From Crocinitomicaceae bacterium (lineage in GTDB: Bacteria; Bacteroidota; Bacteroidia; Flavobacteriales_D; Sanyastnellaceae), in NCBI GenBank assembly GCA_002690915.1, contig NZGF01000079.1:29802-93801 (forward strand): 64,000 nt of DNA. The letters are read 5' to 3'. The notes beneath the pieces were generated by a model. It had not been told where the DNA came from. It saw nothing but the letters and a program-made list of their open reading frames with translations, and searched no databases. The position numbers and the translations under genes were made by a program. Every line of letters begins with the position of its first letter. Position 1 is the first letter of the stretch. Below, one piece after another: positions 1 to 9,485 of the stretch.

Positions 1-986
1 TCATCGCGAAGAAAAACGTTTGGAACCAACGTAAGCGTTGGAAACCGGCTGACGGAATGAACTGGAATGGACTGCGCCTTTCTCCCATGCAGCTCAATGC
101 CCTCCTCATTGCCACCATTGGCCAGTTGCCGCTGCTCATCATCGGATCTGCGGGCACGGGCAAATCTCACATCGCTCTTGCCTTGCACGAGCTCTTGCCA
201 CCTTTGACGGCCAATCAATTCACTGAAGTCGAACATACCTACCGGGCAAAAGGAATGCCCCTGCCGGTAACGGATCGGCCTCCCCTTCGAACCCCTCACC
301 ACCAGTGCACTGCAGCAGGACTAATGGGAACCATCAGTCAAATCGGCTCTTGGATCCCGGGGGAGTTGAGCCTTGCCAACTGCGGATTACTTTGCTTGGA
401 TGAGTTTTGCGAATTTTCACGGGATTGTATAGAAGCCCTCCGTGGGCCATTGGAAAGCAAGCGCTTTCTGCTTTCCCGTGCTCAGCAAAGTCGTATTGAA
501 TCTACAAAAGGCTGGATTGTTGCCACATCGAATCCGTGTCCCTGCGGTCGCTTTAATGACGGTCCGCGGCATTGTACCTGCACGGCTGGCCAAGTTCAAC
601 GCTACTTGAAGCGCCTTTCCGGCCCCGTAGCAGAGAGATTCGCGGTTCATGTTGAAACGACTACCGCAATTTCCCACGATGCAGCCCCTGTACCAAATCT
701 GAATGCCATCCGCGACCAAATCGCAACTACAAGGAATTGGCTGAACTCAAGCCCGACAGTCCACACCGCTCCTGAAGCGACAGCAATCATTCAACAACAC
801 GCCCTTACATTCCGGGCTTCAGCACGCGGCCTCGGCCACCTAACTACCGTAGCTCGACTGCACGCGGCAATTCGACAAAACGCGCAAGGGGAAGCCATAG
901 AAATTGAGGCAGAGGATGCGACATTTGCAAGTCAATTGCGCATCTTTGATCGGCCCCGATGGTGGGAAAAAACAGAAATACCATGA
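1..986 (+). CDS. comM: ComM/YifB-family Mg-chelatase-like AAA+ ATPase, C-terminal two thirds (5' end lies outside the window)
   Basis: The frame is open from nt 3 to the stop at 984-986, with no stop upstream of the tracked Met at 57. It has Walker A-like GSAGTGKS and Walker B LLCLDEFCEF. It also has ALRGPLES..LLSRA and the SNPCPCG...HCTC cysteine motif typical of ComM/YifB. Confidence 0.8.
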   Translation, partial: IAKKNVWNQRKRWKPADGMNWNGLRLSPMQLNALLIATIGQLPLLIIGSAGTGKSHIALALHELLPPLTANQFTEVEHTYRAKGMPLPVTDRPPLRTPHHQCTAAGLMGTISQIGSWIPGELSLANCGLLCLDEFCEFSRDCIEALRGPLESKRFLLSRAQQSRIESTKGWIVATSNPCPCGRFNDGPRHCTCTAGQVQRYLKRLSGPVAERFAVHVETTTAISHDAAPVPNLNAIRDQIATTRNWLNSSPTVHTAPEATAIIQQHALTFRASARGLGHLTTVARLHAAIRQNAQGEAIEIEAEDATFASQLRIFDRPRWWEKTEIP

Positions 987-1507
987 GACCGAATCAACCC
1001 GTTATACTACCGTGCCGCGACATTACGCCTTCCATCCACCCCTCCTGTTGGCTCGCCCCGAATGCCACCGTTGTGGGTGAGGTCTACCTTGGGAAGGACG
1101 CTTCTTGTTGGTTCAACTGCGTCATTCGAGGCGATGTCGCACCCATCACAATTGGACCCCGCGTCAACATTCAAGACGGCGCAGTCATTCACGGAACGTT
1201 CAACAAGAGTGAAACCCGCATTGACGAAGGCGCAAGCATCGGCCACAATGCTACCGTACACGGTGCACACATTCAATCCGGAGCATTGATTGGAATGAAT
1301 GCCGTGGTCTTAGACGGAGCCGTCATAGGAGAACACGCCGTCATTGCGGCTGGAGCTGTTGTGCTTGAAGGAACGGAGGTCCCACCCCGCACACTTTGGG
1401 CAGGAGTTCCGGCCAAACAGCGAGGAGAAGTCAGGCCAAAACTGCAGGAACACCTCGCTGAAACAGCCGATCGATACGTAGAATATGCCAATTGGTTCAA
1501 CCGGTAA
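983..1507 (+). CDS. Gamma-class carbonic anhydrase-like / hexapeptide-repeat (LbH) protein
   Basis: Left-handed beta-helix hexapeptide repeats are visible (VVGEVYLGKDASCWFNCVIRGDV..ITIGPRVNIQDGAVIHG...IGHNATVHGAHI). The ATG at 983 overlaps the comM stop as ATGA. The tracked start at 959 would overlap comM by 28 nt. Confidence 0.8.
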   Translation: MRPNQPVILPCRDITPSIHPSCWLAPNATVVGEVYLGKDASCWFNCVIRGDVAPITIGPRVNIQDGAVIHGTFNKSETRIDEGASIGHNATVHGAHIQSGALIGMNAVVLDGAVIGEHAVIAAGAVVLEGTEVPPRTLWAGVPAKQRGEVRPKLQEHLAETADRYVEYANWFNR

Positions 1508-2306
1508 CTGACGGCAACTTGTGCTCGACCAGGTCAACGGGTTGACCAAAAAACCGCTGGGCACTCAATGAAAACGACACCGTCAAATCAGAAACCATAA
1601 ACCGATCGAATCGCCTGCCAGTAGCTGACATCTCACCATCTTCGGAGAAGGGCTGGAGTGCAACCTTGAGCGCTTGAGCCGCTGCTTCAGCACTGTCCAA
1701 CAATTTGACGGATTCTGGCAACGCCTCGGCAATTTGGTCTGCCACCAATGGATAATGGGTACAGCCCAAGATCAACGCGCGAACAGCATTGAACTCGCCT
1801 GACTCAAAGTAGGCGGAGATAAGGGCATCGGATACCTCTCCCACATGAAAACCTGCTTCGATGGCCGAGGCCAATAATGGAGTAGCCTTGGGCACCACTT
1901 CAAATCCACGGGATGCCAGCAGGCTTTGGTACCAGCCCGAATCGATGGTTGCACGCGTCCCAATGACGCCTATCTGACCAGCCGGAAATTGAGCGGATAC
2001 CGCCTCAACCACTGGATGCACCACATCGATGACAGGGATAGATTCACCGGCTTCTGCTCTGATGACATCGAGCGCATTGCTCGACGCGGAATTGCATGCC
2101 ACAACGATGGAGCCGCACCCTAGTCGCACCAGCTCTCTGGTGATTTCTGTTGCGTAACGACCAATCAAGGCCGGGCTCTTTTCTCCATATGGCAGGTGGG
2201 CTGTGTCGCCGTAGTAAATGATGGAATGAGCAGGCAAGACCTCGGCCACTGCCCGGGCCACGGTCAGACCTCCTATGCCTGAATCAAAAATCCCGATGGG
2301 TCGCAT
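1497..2306 (-). CDS. murI: Glutamate racemase
   Basis: Motifs seen: IGIFDSGIGGLTV, VVACNSASS and ILGCTHYP. The length is right. The 3' end overlaps the convergent gene by 11 nt. Confidence 0.93.
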   Translation of the reverse strand: MRPIGIFDSGIGGLTVARAVAEVLPAHSIIYYGDTAHLPYGEKSPALIGRYATEITRELVRLGCGSIVVACNSASSNALDVIRAEAGESIPVIDVVHPVVEAVSAQFPAGQIGVIGTRATIDSGWYQSLLASRGFEVVPKATPLLASAIEAGFHVGEVSDALISAYFESGEFNAVRALILGCTHYPLVADQIAEALPESVKLLDSAEAAAQALKVALQPFSEDGEMSATGRRFDRFMVSDLTVSFSLSAQRFFGQPVDLVEHKLPSVTG

Positions 2307-2324
2307 GCGGCGCGGCGCGGCGAT

Positions 2325-2822
2325 TTACATGCCCAGCTTCGCTCGGACCAATGCTCCCACTTCCTCTCCACCCGTATAGACTGTTGCCCCTGAGCTCGTA
2401 TCGAAGATGTAGGTGAATCCGTTTTCAGCACCAACTAGGTTGATGGCCTCTTGGACCCGCTCCACCATCGGCATCAACAACTCCTGTTCGAGCTGAACAA
2501 GCTCGTTTTGAACGGTCGAACCAAATTCTTGCATGCCTTGGTCAAGGGCCTGCAATTCACGTTCCTTTTGCTCGAGAATAGCGGCAGGCCAAGTAGAACC
2601 TTTGCTCTGATATTCTGCATACTTCGTCTGAAATTCCTGCTGCATCCGAGCCAGCTCGGTCTCGTATTCTGCCGCTCGCGCCTCGATGGTCGCCTGCGCC
2701 TCGCTTCGCTCGGGAAGATTCAACAAAACATCCTGAGTATCGATGTGCCCAAATTTTTGGGCAAAACTTGTCAACGTGCACGTTGCCATCAGTACGATGG
2801 CCAATGAAATCTGCTTCATCAT
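2325..2822 (-). CDS. OmpH/Skp-family periplasmic chaperone
   Basis: It has a signal peptide (MMKQISLAIVLMATCTLTSFAQ), then KFGHIDTQDVLLNLPE and a long coiled-coil region. It sits directly downstream of bamA, as in other Bacteroidota. Confidence 0.85.
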   Translation of the reverse strand: MMKQISLAIVLMATCTLTSFAQKFGHIDTQDVLLNLPERSEAQATIEARAAEYETELARMQQEFQTKYAEYQSKGSTWPAAILEQKERELQALDQGMQEFGSTVQNELVQLEQELLMPMVERVQEAINLVGAENGFTYIFDTSSGATVYTGGEEVGALVRAKLGM

Positions 2823-2874
2823 GTGATCTTTAGTTATGATCTTTCTTAGTTAGTCTAAAGGTACGTTCTTAACC

Positions 2875-3564
2875 TCAATTTTTGCTCCGACCGATGGTAT
2901 TTCCAGCACCGCGAACGCCCGCTGCAGCGCCTTGAATTCGGCCAGTCGCCGCATCCTTTCCCTTATTCATGGCATCTTTTGCACGGTCCTGAATCGATTT
3001 GCTTTCTTCCCCTTCACCGCCTTCCGCTTCAATGGTCTCACCCGGAACGAATCCTAGGGCCTTGATGAGGCGATCTGAAATGTCGTACTTGGGGTTGGTG
3101 TAAAGCATATTGCTTTGGTTGCTTTTATCGAAAACAACCATGTACCCACTGCCGCTCGCGATGTCCTTCAACTCTTCAAACACCATATCTTGGATGGGCT
3201 GAATCAGCTCTTGACGTTTTTGAAAGAGTTCTCCCTCCACACCGAATTTCGCTTTCTGTAGCTCACGGGCCTCTATTCGCTTCGTAGCGATTTCTTCCTC
3301 GCGCTTGCCGCGCATCTCTGACGTGAGGAGAACCCGCTCGGCACGGTAGGCCATTTCAAGGCGCTCCACAGCATCCAACTTCATTTCAATTTCCACTTGC
3401 CAGTCCACCGCCATTTGATTCAATTCACCCTGTGCCTCTGAGTATTCGGGTAAATGTAGCAAGACATAATCAGTATCGATGTAGGCGAATTTCTGCGCGT
3501 TCGCCTGGTACCCCACCAGCAAGGCAAGACCCAATCCAATCCATGATATTCCTCTCATCTTCAT
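2875..3564 (-). CDS. OmpH/Skp-family periplasmic chaperone (longer paralogue with Gly/Ala-rich tail)
   Basis: It has a signal peptide, then KFAYIDTDYVLLHLPEY and a coiled-coil body. It is the second skp-like gene after bamA. Confidence 0.85.
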   Translation of the reverse strand: MKMRGISWIGLGLALLVGYQANAQKFAYIDTDYVLLHLPEYSEAQGELNQMAVDWQVEIEMKLDAVERLEMAYRAERVLLTSEMRGKREEEIATKRIEARELQKAKFGVEGELFQKRQELIQPIQDMVFEELKDIASGSGYMVVFDKSNQSNMLYTNPKYDISDRLIKALGFVPGETIEAEGGEGEESKSIQDRAKDAMNKGKDAATGRIQGAAAGVRGAGNTIGRSKN

Positions 3565-3575
3565 TAAGTTTTCAA

Positions 3576-6119
3576 TTACAAATCTCCCATATTCATACCC
3601 ATGCTAAAATGGAACTGACCCCTGGACATATTTGGGAGGGTCGGCACGTCATCCAAGCGCCATCCATAATCCAGACCCAACAAGCCGAACATGGGTAAGA
3701 AAATCCTCATGCCGACACCTGCTGATCGATATACCTCAAACGGATTGAATTCCCGAGCATCAGCCCAAGTCTTTCCCGCGTCAATAAACGCCATCGTGTA
3801 AATCGTAGCACTCGGATTGGTACTTAACGGGTAGCGCAGTTCCGCTCCGTATTTGGCAATTACCGGTGCACCGGTGTTTTGATTCGGCATGGTCAGTGAC
3901 AAGTCGTCAAAACCTCGAAGGTTAATGATTTCTCTTCCGTCCAAAACAAACCCGCTCAAGAACACCCCGCCAAGGTAGAAGCGCTCAAACGGCGACAATC
4001 CCACTGCGCGATTGTATTGCCCAATGAGCCCTACCCCCGCGTGGGTGCGCAACACAAGCGTTCGAGGATTCTCCCCGGCAGATTGGGTGAGTGGGGTGTA
4101 CCACTCGGCCTTCACCTTCCATTTGTGGTATTCCACCCATCGGAAGCGGTCCTGATCACTCATGCCCTCATAGTACGTGCCTTCCGGACGGAATTTGCTG
4201 TACGGTGGTGTCGCCTTGACTGAAAGCGAAATGTTCGAACCCCACACCGGATAAATCGGATCTGAAACCGAGTTGCGTGCCAAGGTGAGATTAGCTGCAA
4301 GGTTGTTGGCGACGCCATCGGAAAAACTGAAGAACACCCCGTAGTTGTCGAGGTTGAAGTGCTGGTAGCTCAGCGCGACATTCATAGTAAACCAGTCGTC
4401 CGGCTTCTTCCAGCGCTGTCCAAAACCCACCTGTACTCCGGTAATTTCGAGGGATTGACGCAGTTCATTGAACTCGCCCTCGATGCGCTTTGGTTGACCA
4501 TTTGACTGGATGGAGCGCCACGCTGAAAAACTCAATGCATTGGGCTTCTTGCCTCCCAACCACGGCTCCATAAAGCTCAAGTTATAACTCTGGAAAAATG
4601 CGCCGTTCGACTGCGCTCGGACGGAGAGACGCTGACCGTCACCGGTCGGAATTGGCTTCCATGCGCCCTTCTTGAACATGTTTTTTGCACTGAAATTGGT
4701 AAAGCTAACCCCAAGGGTACCGACCACACGGCCTCCGCCCCATCCACCTGAAAGCTCAATTTGATCGGAGGGCTTCTCCTCCACAGTGTATTCGATGTCG
4801 ACCGTGCCGTCCTCAGGGTGCTGGATGGGGTTGATGCCGAAGGCCTCCTGGTTGAAGTAATTCAGCTGAGCCAATTCACGCTGGGTACGAATGATATCGG
4901 TTCGGCTGAACAAATCTCCTGGACGCGTGCGTATTTCACGGTAAATGACGTGATCATTGGTCTTCGTATTGCCCTGAACAATGATGTTTCCGATGCGGAA
5001 TTGCTTGCCTTCCATCATGCGCACCTCGATGTCGATCGTATCATTCTCGATGCGCGTCTCAATGGGCATGGCCTGGAAGGTGAGGTAGCCATCGTCTTGG
5101 TACAATGAACTCAAATCGAGGCCTTTGGGATCCATGAAAACGCGTGTCTCGAGGCGCTCCAAATCGTATGTTTCACCTGGCTTGATTCCTAAAATAGAGT
5201 CGAGCTGTGTGCTGCGGTATTTGGTGTTGCCGGTGAAGTTAATCTCACCGAAATGGAACCGATTGCCCTCACTGATATCGATTTTCACTCCAACCTGACC
5301 CTCGGGCAACCGGTAAATGGAATCGCCTAGCACCCGGGCATTGCGATATCCTTCTTTGTTGTACAATGCAATGATTTCCCCGCGCGCCTGGTCGAGGTTG
5401 GCCTCCACGAATTTGCTTGACTTGAAAAACCGATACCACTTCTTCTCTTTCAAATCTTTCATCGCACGCCGGACTTGCTTGCTATCCAGGTTAGCCACGC
5501 CTTCGACTACGATTTCACCAATCTTTATCTTTTCGCCCTTGTTTATGGCGATGTTCATTTTGGCTCCGTTCTCAAATGAGCTATCAGCGGATTGACTAAT
5601 AACAATCTTCGCATCCCAATACCCTTTGTCGTGGTAATAATCCCGCAATCGCTTCCGCGCTGTAACCATTACATTTTCATTCACCACACGTCCCGTAAGC
5701 AAGTCGATTTTGCCCCGCAGCGTTTCCTGCTCTGACCTGTTCACCCCCTCAAACGTGTATCGTGTCAACCGGGGTAATTCATCTACTCGGATGACCAAGT
5801 ATGCTTGACTCTCGCGAACTTCTGCCAACTCAATGGAAATGTCTTCGAAGAGCTTTTGTGCCCAGAGGTTGCGAATGGCCCTGGTAATTTCCTCCCCCGG
5901 GATGCTCAGCTCTTGGCCGATCTGTAAGGCACTGAACAGCTTTACCGCTTGGGCATCCGTGTAATCTGCCCCAAGCACCGTCAGCCCGGCAAGAGTGTAC
6001 TTCTTGTCGATGTCCACGGCGTTCGAAAGCTGCGCTATTGCTACCTGCGTTGCACCTCCGAAAAACAGGGTGAATCCAAGCAACAGGTTTCGCAACATGG
6101 CCTTTCCAGTCTTCTTCAT
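3576..6119 (-). CDS. bamA: Outer membrane protein assembly factor BamA (Omp85)
   Basis: 847 aa with a signal peptide, repeated POTRA-like modules and a C-terminal beta-barrel ending FHFSMGMNMGDL. The position between uppS and skp is conserved. Confidence 0.93.
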   Translation of the reverse strand: MKKTGKAMLRNLLLGFTLFFGGATQVAIAQLSNAVDIDKKYTLAGLTVLGADYTDAQAVKLFSALQIGQELSIPGEEITRAIRNLWAQKLFEDISIELAEVRESQAYLVIRVDELPRLTRYTFEGVNRSEQETLRGKIDLLTGRVVNENVMVTARKRLRDYYHDKGYWDAKIVISQSADSSFENGAKMNIAINKGEKIKIGEIVVEGVANLDSKQVRRAMKDLKEKKWYRFFKSSKFVEANLDQARGEIIALYNKEGYRNARVLGDSIYRLPEGQVGVKIDISEGNRFHFGEINFTGNTKYRSTQLDSILGIKPGETYDLERLETRVFMDPKGLDLSSLYQDDGYLTFQAMPIETRIENDTIDIEVRMMEGKQFRIGNIIVQGNTKTNDHVIYREIRTRPGDLFSRTDIIRTQRELAQLNYFNQEAFGINPIQHPEDGTVDIEYTVEEKPSDQIELSGGWGGGRVVGTLGVSFTNFSAKNMFKKGAWKPIPTGDGQRLSVRAQSNGAFFQSYNLSFMEPWLGGKKPNALSFSAWRSIQSNGQPKRIEGEFNELRQSLEITGVQVGFGQRWKKPDDWFTMNVALSYQHFNLDNYGVFFSFSDGVANNLAANLTLARNSVSDPIYPVWGSNISLSVKATPPYSKFRPEGTYYEGMSDQDRFRWVEYHKWKVKAEWYTPLTQSAGENPRTLVLRTHAGVGLIGQYNRAVGLSPFERFYLGGVFLSGFVLDGREIINLRGFDDLSLTMPNQNTGAPVIAKYGAELRYPLSTNPSATIYTMAFIDAGKTWADAREFNPFEVYRSAGVGMRIFLPMFGLLGLDYGWRLDDVPTLPNMSRGQFHFSMGMNMGDL

Positions 6120-6889
6120 TTTGATTCAACGTTGTGATTGGTGTCCAACAAGCCTCCAAATCGACGTTCCCTATTTTGAAAATCGCGAATGGCACCAATG
6201 AACTCATCCTTGCCAAAGTCCGGCCAAAGCACCGGCGAAAAGTGGAATTCTGTGTACGCCATTTGCCACAAAAGGAAATTCGAGATTCGGCGTTCTCCGC
6301 TCGTTCGAATCATTAATTCGGGATCGGGCAAGTCCCGGGTAGTCAAATGATCTGAAATCACCTGGGCATCGACCTCTTCTGGCCTAATCCCGCTCAGCAT
6401 TACAGACTTAACAGCTTCGACCATCTCCCATTTCGAACTGTAGCTCAAGGCAAGGATCAGGTCCAGACTTTGTTGATGGGCCGTTTGCTCGGTGGCGAGC
6501 TTGAGTTGCGCTTGGCAAGAGGCCGGCAGAGCTCCGGTGTCACCAATGGTTCGCAGGCGCACCCCTTTGTCTGCCAAGGCCTCAACCTCTTTGACCAACG
6601 TCTCCACGAGCAAGTCCATGAGGGCGTTCACTTCTTCCACAGGTCGATTCCAGTTTTCAGTACTGAACGCATACAAAGTCAAGTGCTTCACCCCTAGTTC
6701 TAAGGCTGCTTCGACGGAGGCGCGTACGGAGTCAATTCCGTTCATATGTCCGAAGACACGAGATTCTCCGCGCTCATTCGCCCATCGACCGTTCCCGTCC
6801 ATTATGATCGCAACGTGTTTGGGAATTCGTTCGTGATCCAATCCCCATTCGACACATCGTTCGAGTTGTTCGTTTTCCAGAGCCGTCAT
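6116..6889 (-). CDS. uppS: Undecaprenyl-diphosphate synthase (di-trans,poly-cis isoprenyl transferase)
   Basis: Motifs seen: HVAIIMDGNGRWA, TLYAFSTENWNRP and RTSGERRISNFLLWQ. The ATG at 6889 overlaps the upstream stop as ATGA. The tracked start at 6904 is a GTG. The stop overlaps the bamA start as ATGA (6116-6119). Confidence 0.92.
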   Translation of the reverse strand: MTALENEQLERCVEWGLDHERIPKHVAIIMDGNGRWANERGESRVFGHMNGIDSVRASVEAALELGVKHLTLYAFSTENWNRPVEEVNALMDLLVETLVKEVEALADKGVRLRTIGDTGALPASCQAQLKLATEQTAHQQSLDLILALSYSSKWEMVEAVKSVMLSGIRPEEVDAQVISDHLTTRDLPDPELMIRTSGERRISNFLLWQMAYTEFHFSPVLWPDFGKDEFIGAIRDFQNRERRFGGLLDTNHNVESK

Positions 6890-7833
6890 ATCTCGGACCA
6901 ACACGTGGTGGGTTTTTTGCTGATTCGGAAACTCAACGAAGCTGTGATATAAGCGTATACATCATTCCGGGAAGGATCTCCGCGCTGCAGACCGCCTTGG
7001 TTGCTCACTCCACCAACTGGCAGCAAAGATCTGTCGGCCATCTCAGCAGTTACTTCTCCTCGTTCTTGCAGCAATACCGATCGGTCGGCGTACAATCCAC
7101 TGACATCGTCGAGGTAATCCGTCCATGTTTTGCGTACGCCCCAATCGATATTGAACGTGGTAAATGGGCCGATGTTCGATTTGAAACCGAATCCAAAAGG
7201 CACTGAAATGCCCGTAGTCCCGTAGGAATCAATGCCGTATGCTACACCCCATGTTGTTCCCTGGCCCTCCGTGCCCAGCGGTTGAAGCGGAGTCCATTGG
7301 CCACTCAATTTAGCTTCAGGCATGTGGGTGTATACCGCTATGCCCGTATAGAGGAACGCCGTCAGTCGGTCACCTGGATTTCCGATTTGATGGTCGAGGT
7401 AATTGATTTCAAACAACGCGCTGAGCTCCCCTACGTCATTGCGAAAATGAAGATTTCGGTTCTGCTGCCACGCATCGGGGCTATCCGCATCCCACGCCTC
7501 AATGCGCCCCTGGAAGTAATTGATGCGAATTCCGATGCGCGTTGAAAAGTTGTGCCGATAAAACCCGCCGTAACCCATTGTCAACCGACCACCTAAATGA
7601 GCGTCAGGATTGATATCGCCTTTGTAGTATGCCATGCCCAGCGTGACGCCTATTTCCTTGGACTGTTCAAACCTGCGTTGGCCCCAAATAGGCGCGGCCA
7701 TCAAAACGCCAAAGAGGAGCAGCGCAAAGCGCGTGATTTTTGAGGCTGTGGAGCGGGCTTTATCCAACGGATTGTGAGCTTTCGAACGAACAAGACTATA
7801 ACGCACGAAAATACGTGGAATTGTGCCATGCAA
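6886..7833 (-). CDS. DUF6089/PorG-like outer-membrane beta-barrel protein
   Basis: It has a signal-like segment (ITRFALLLFGVLMAAPIWGQ) and alternating aromatic/Gly beta-strand patterns. It sits immediately upstream of uppS-bamA, the position held by PorG (PG0189) in Porphyromonas. The start is uncertain: 7833 is TTG and there is no in-frame ATG before the signal peptide. Confidence 0.6.
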   Translation of the reverse strand: MHGTIPRIFVRYSLVRSKAHNPLDKARSTASKITRFALLLFGVLMAAPIWGQRRFEQSKEIGVTLGMAYYKGDINPDAHLGGRLTMGYGGFYRHNFSTRIGIRINYFQGRIEAWDADSPDAWQQNRNLHFRNDVGELSALFEINYLDHQIGNPGDRLTAFLYTGIAVYTHMPEAKLSGQWTPLQPLGTEGQGTTWGVAYGIDSYGTTGISVPFGFGFKSNIGPFTTFNIDWGVRKTWTDYLDDVSGLYADRSVLLQERGEVTAEMADRSLLPVGGVSNQGGLQRGDPSRNDVYAYITASLSFRISKKPTTCWSEI

Positions 7834-7877
7834 TTGAAAAAAACACCCAACAAAACGAGGAGTTTATCCACGGCCAA

Positions 7878-8756
7878 TCAGCGGTCGCGCGGATCAACTC
7901 CCCAGTGCATTTTAGCCCGCACGGTGCTGAAGAATTCTTGGTGTTCGAGGTTCATCAAAAACAGCCGAAACGGTGCAGTCGTGACTTGAACTTTCCGACC
8001 TCCGTCGAGGATGAACATACGCGAGTCCAGGCTCAACAAGAATTGGTTTTCCCGGCCATCCGCAACCAACTGCAGAGTGCCGTCTGCGGGAATAATGAGC
8101 GGTCTGTTGTTGAGGTTATGCGGGGCAACTGGATTGATGCAAAGGACTTCCGATCCAGGCATGACAATAGGGCCCCCTGCGCTGAGGGAATAGGCTGTCG
8201 AGCCTGTAGGCGTCGACACAATCAAGCCATCCGCCCAGTAATTGTTCACAAAGGCACTGTCCCGCAGGACTTCGACCGCCACCATGCTTGAGGTATCCCG
8301 TTTCATGATGGCCACCTCGTTCAAAGCATAGGGATAATCCCCTAGCTCCATGCCATCTACGTCTACGTGCAACAACAAGCGCTCTTCGTACCAAACCTTT
8401 CCGGCCGCAACTGCATCCATCGCCAGGTCGATTTCATCGATGCCGACATTGGACAAAAAACCGAGTCGACCCGTGTTCACTCCCAAGACGGGGATTTCGG
8501 TGTCCCGCACCCATATGGCAGCTTCGAGCACCGTTCCATCGCCCCCAATGGCCACGAGCAAGTCGTAACCGCTCAGGGCGGAAGGCTCTTCAAACGCCTC
8601 CCAATCCTTAGCACGGCCCATTCGTTCGTCGAGAATTCGCTTGAAATTCGACTCCACAATCGGTGCCGGATCGAGTTCGCAAATGCGCATAAGGATGTGC
8701 TTGATAGCATCATCAAATTCCGGCGCAAACGTTTTTCCGTGGATGGCGATCTTCAT
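7878..8756 (-). CDS. nadK: NAD+ kinase
   Basis: Motifs seen: MKIAIHGK, the GGDGT motif (AIGGDGTVLEAA), NTGRLGFL and STPTGSTAYSLSAGGP. Confidence 0.92.
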   Translation of the reverse strand: MKIAIHGKTFAPEFDDAIKHILMRICELDPAPIVESNFKRILDERMGRAKDWEAFEEPSALSGYDLLVAIGGDGTVLEAAIWVRDTEIPVLGVNTGRLGFLSNVGIDEIDLAMDAVAAGKVWYEERLLLHVDVDGMELGDYPYALNEVAIMKRDTSSMVAVEVLRDSAFVNNYWADGLIVSTPTGSTAYSLSAGGPIVMPGSEVLCINPVAPHNLNNRPLIIPADGTLQLVADGRENQFLLSLDSRMFILDGGRKVQVTTAPFRLFLMNLEHQEFFSTVRAKMHWGVDPRDR

Positions 8757-8771
8757 AGTACGAAGGAACGG

Positions 8772-9422
8772 TTATTGTTTCAAGTAACGCATGAAAGCAT
8801 CATATCGCTCACGCATTTCCTCCTCCAATTGCGGAGCGTGCAAGAAGGATTGAATGGAATATCCAAAGCGTTGGAAAGTCTGAATGACTGGCTCAATGTC
8901 TTCCGTTTCAACTTTAAGTGTGACCTCCACATTGCTGGAATTTTCGGACTGGGACGTGGTGCATGCGATTACACGCGTTCCAGCTCCTTCGGCCAGCCTA
9001 GCTACCTCCGAAATAGACAAGTCACCTTCAGGCACCTCCAGAATCACAACACCTCCACGGGTAGCCCAGTGGGATTGTTCGGCCAAAAAGCGCACAACGG
9101 AAGCTGCATTGATACACCCCTTGTAACTGCCATTGTCCACCACAGGCAGGGCGTCTACCTCTGCTGCTACCAATTGGCCAACCACATCATACAAATGGCT
9201 TTGCGGATTAGTAAATACAGCCCTTGCTTGAAATGCTGCCATGGGCGTCTCCTTATCAAGGTCTATTACATCGTCTTCGTAAATCAATCCAGAAAATTCA
9301 TCCCCGTTGATCAATGGCAAGTGGCGAACCTTGTATTCATCCATCAAATGAAGCACCCGACCCGCCGAATCTTCGGGTTTCACGGCCGGGAGGTCAGAAT
9401 TCATAATGCGATCTGCGTACAT
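8772..9422 (-). CDS. CBS-domain pair protein with C-terminal ACT-like module
   Basis: Two CBS-like segments are visible (VRHLPLINGDEFSGLIYEDDV and ALPVVDNGSYKGCINAASV). The position between nadK and pdxJ is conserved. Confidence 0.75.
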   Translation of the reverse strand: MYADRIMNSDLPAVKPEDSAGRVLHLMDEYKVRHLPLINGDEFSGLIYEDDVIDLDKETPMAAFQARAVFTNPQSHLYDVVGQLVAAEVDALPVVDNGSYKGCINAASVVRFLAEQSHWATRGGVVILEVPEGDLSISEVARLAEGAGTRVIACTTSQSENSSNVEVTLKVETEDIEPVIQTFQRFGYSIQSFLHAPQLEEEMRERYDAFMRYLKQ

Positions 9423-9426
9423 GGCT

Positions 9427-9434
9427 TAATTTTG
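9427..9434 (+). promoter_or_regulatory. Candidate Bacteroidota -7 promoter box (TAATTTTG) for pdxJ
   Basis: It matches TAnnTTTG exactly and lies 51 nt upstream of the pdxJ ATG in the 63-nt divergent spacer. No clear -33 TTG is visible. Confidence 0.3.
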
Positions 9435-9485
9435 CATCTATCCACCGATGGAATGCACCGGAAGTGTTGGAATCGAAAGGTACGG

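Noticed and set aside
8367-9485. The first 373 codons of the 614-aa plus-strand ORF, which would make a very large fusion protein ending in PdxJ.
   Set aside because: This part lies antisense to nadK and the CBS-domain gene, both of which have clear family motifs. Its sequence is low-information (Arg, His and Ser rich). PdxJ homologues start at MTRLSVNVNK (9486). It is a shadow ORF.
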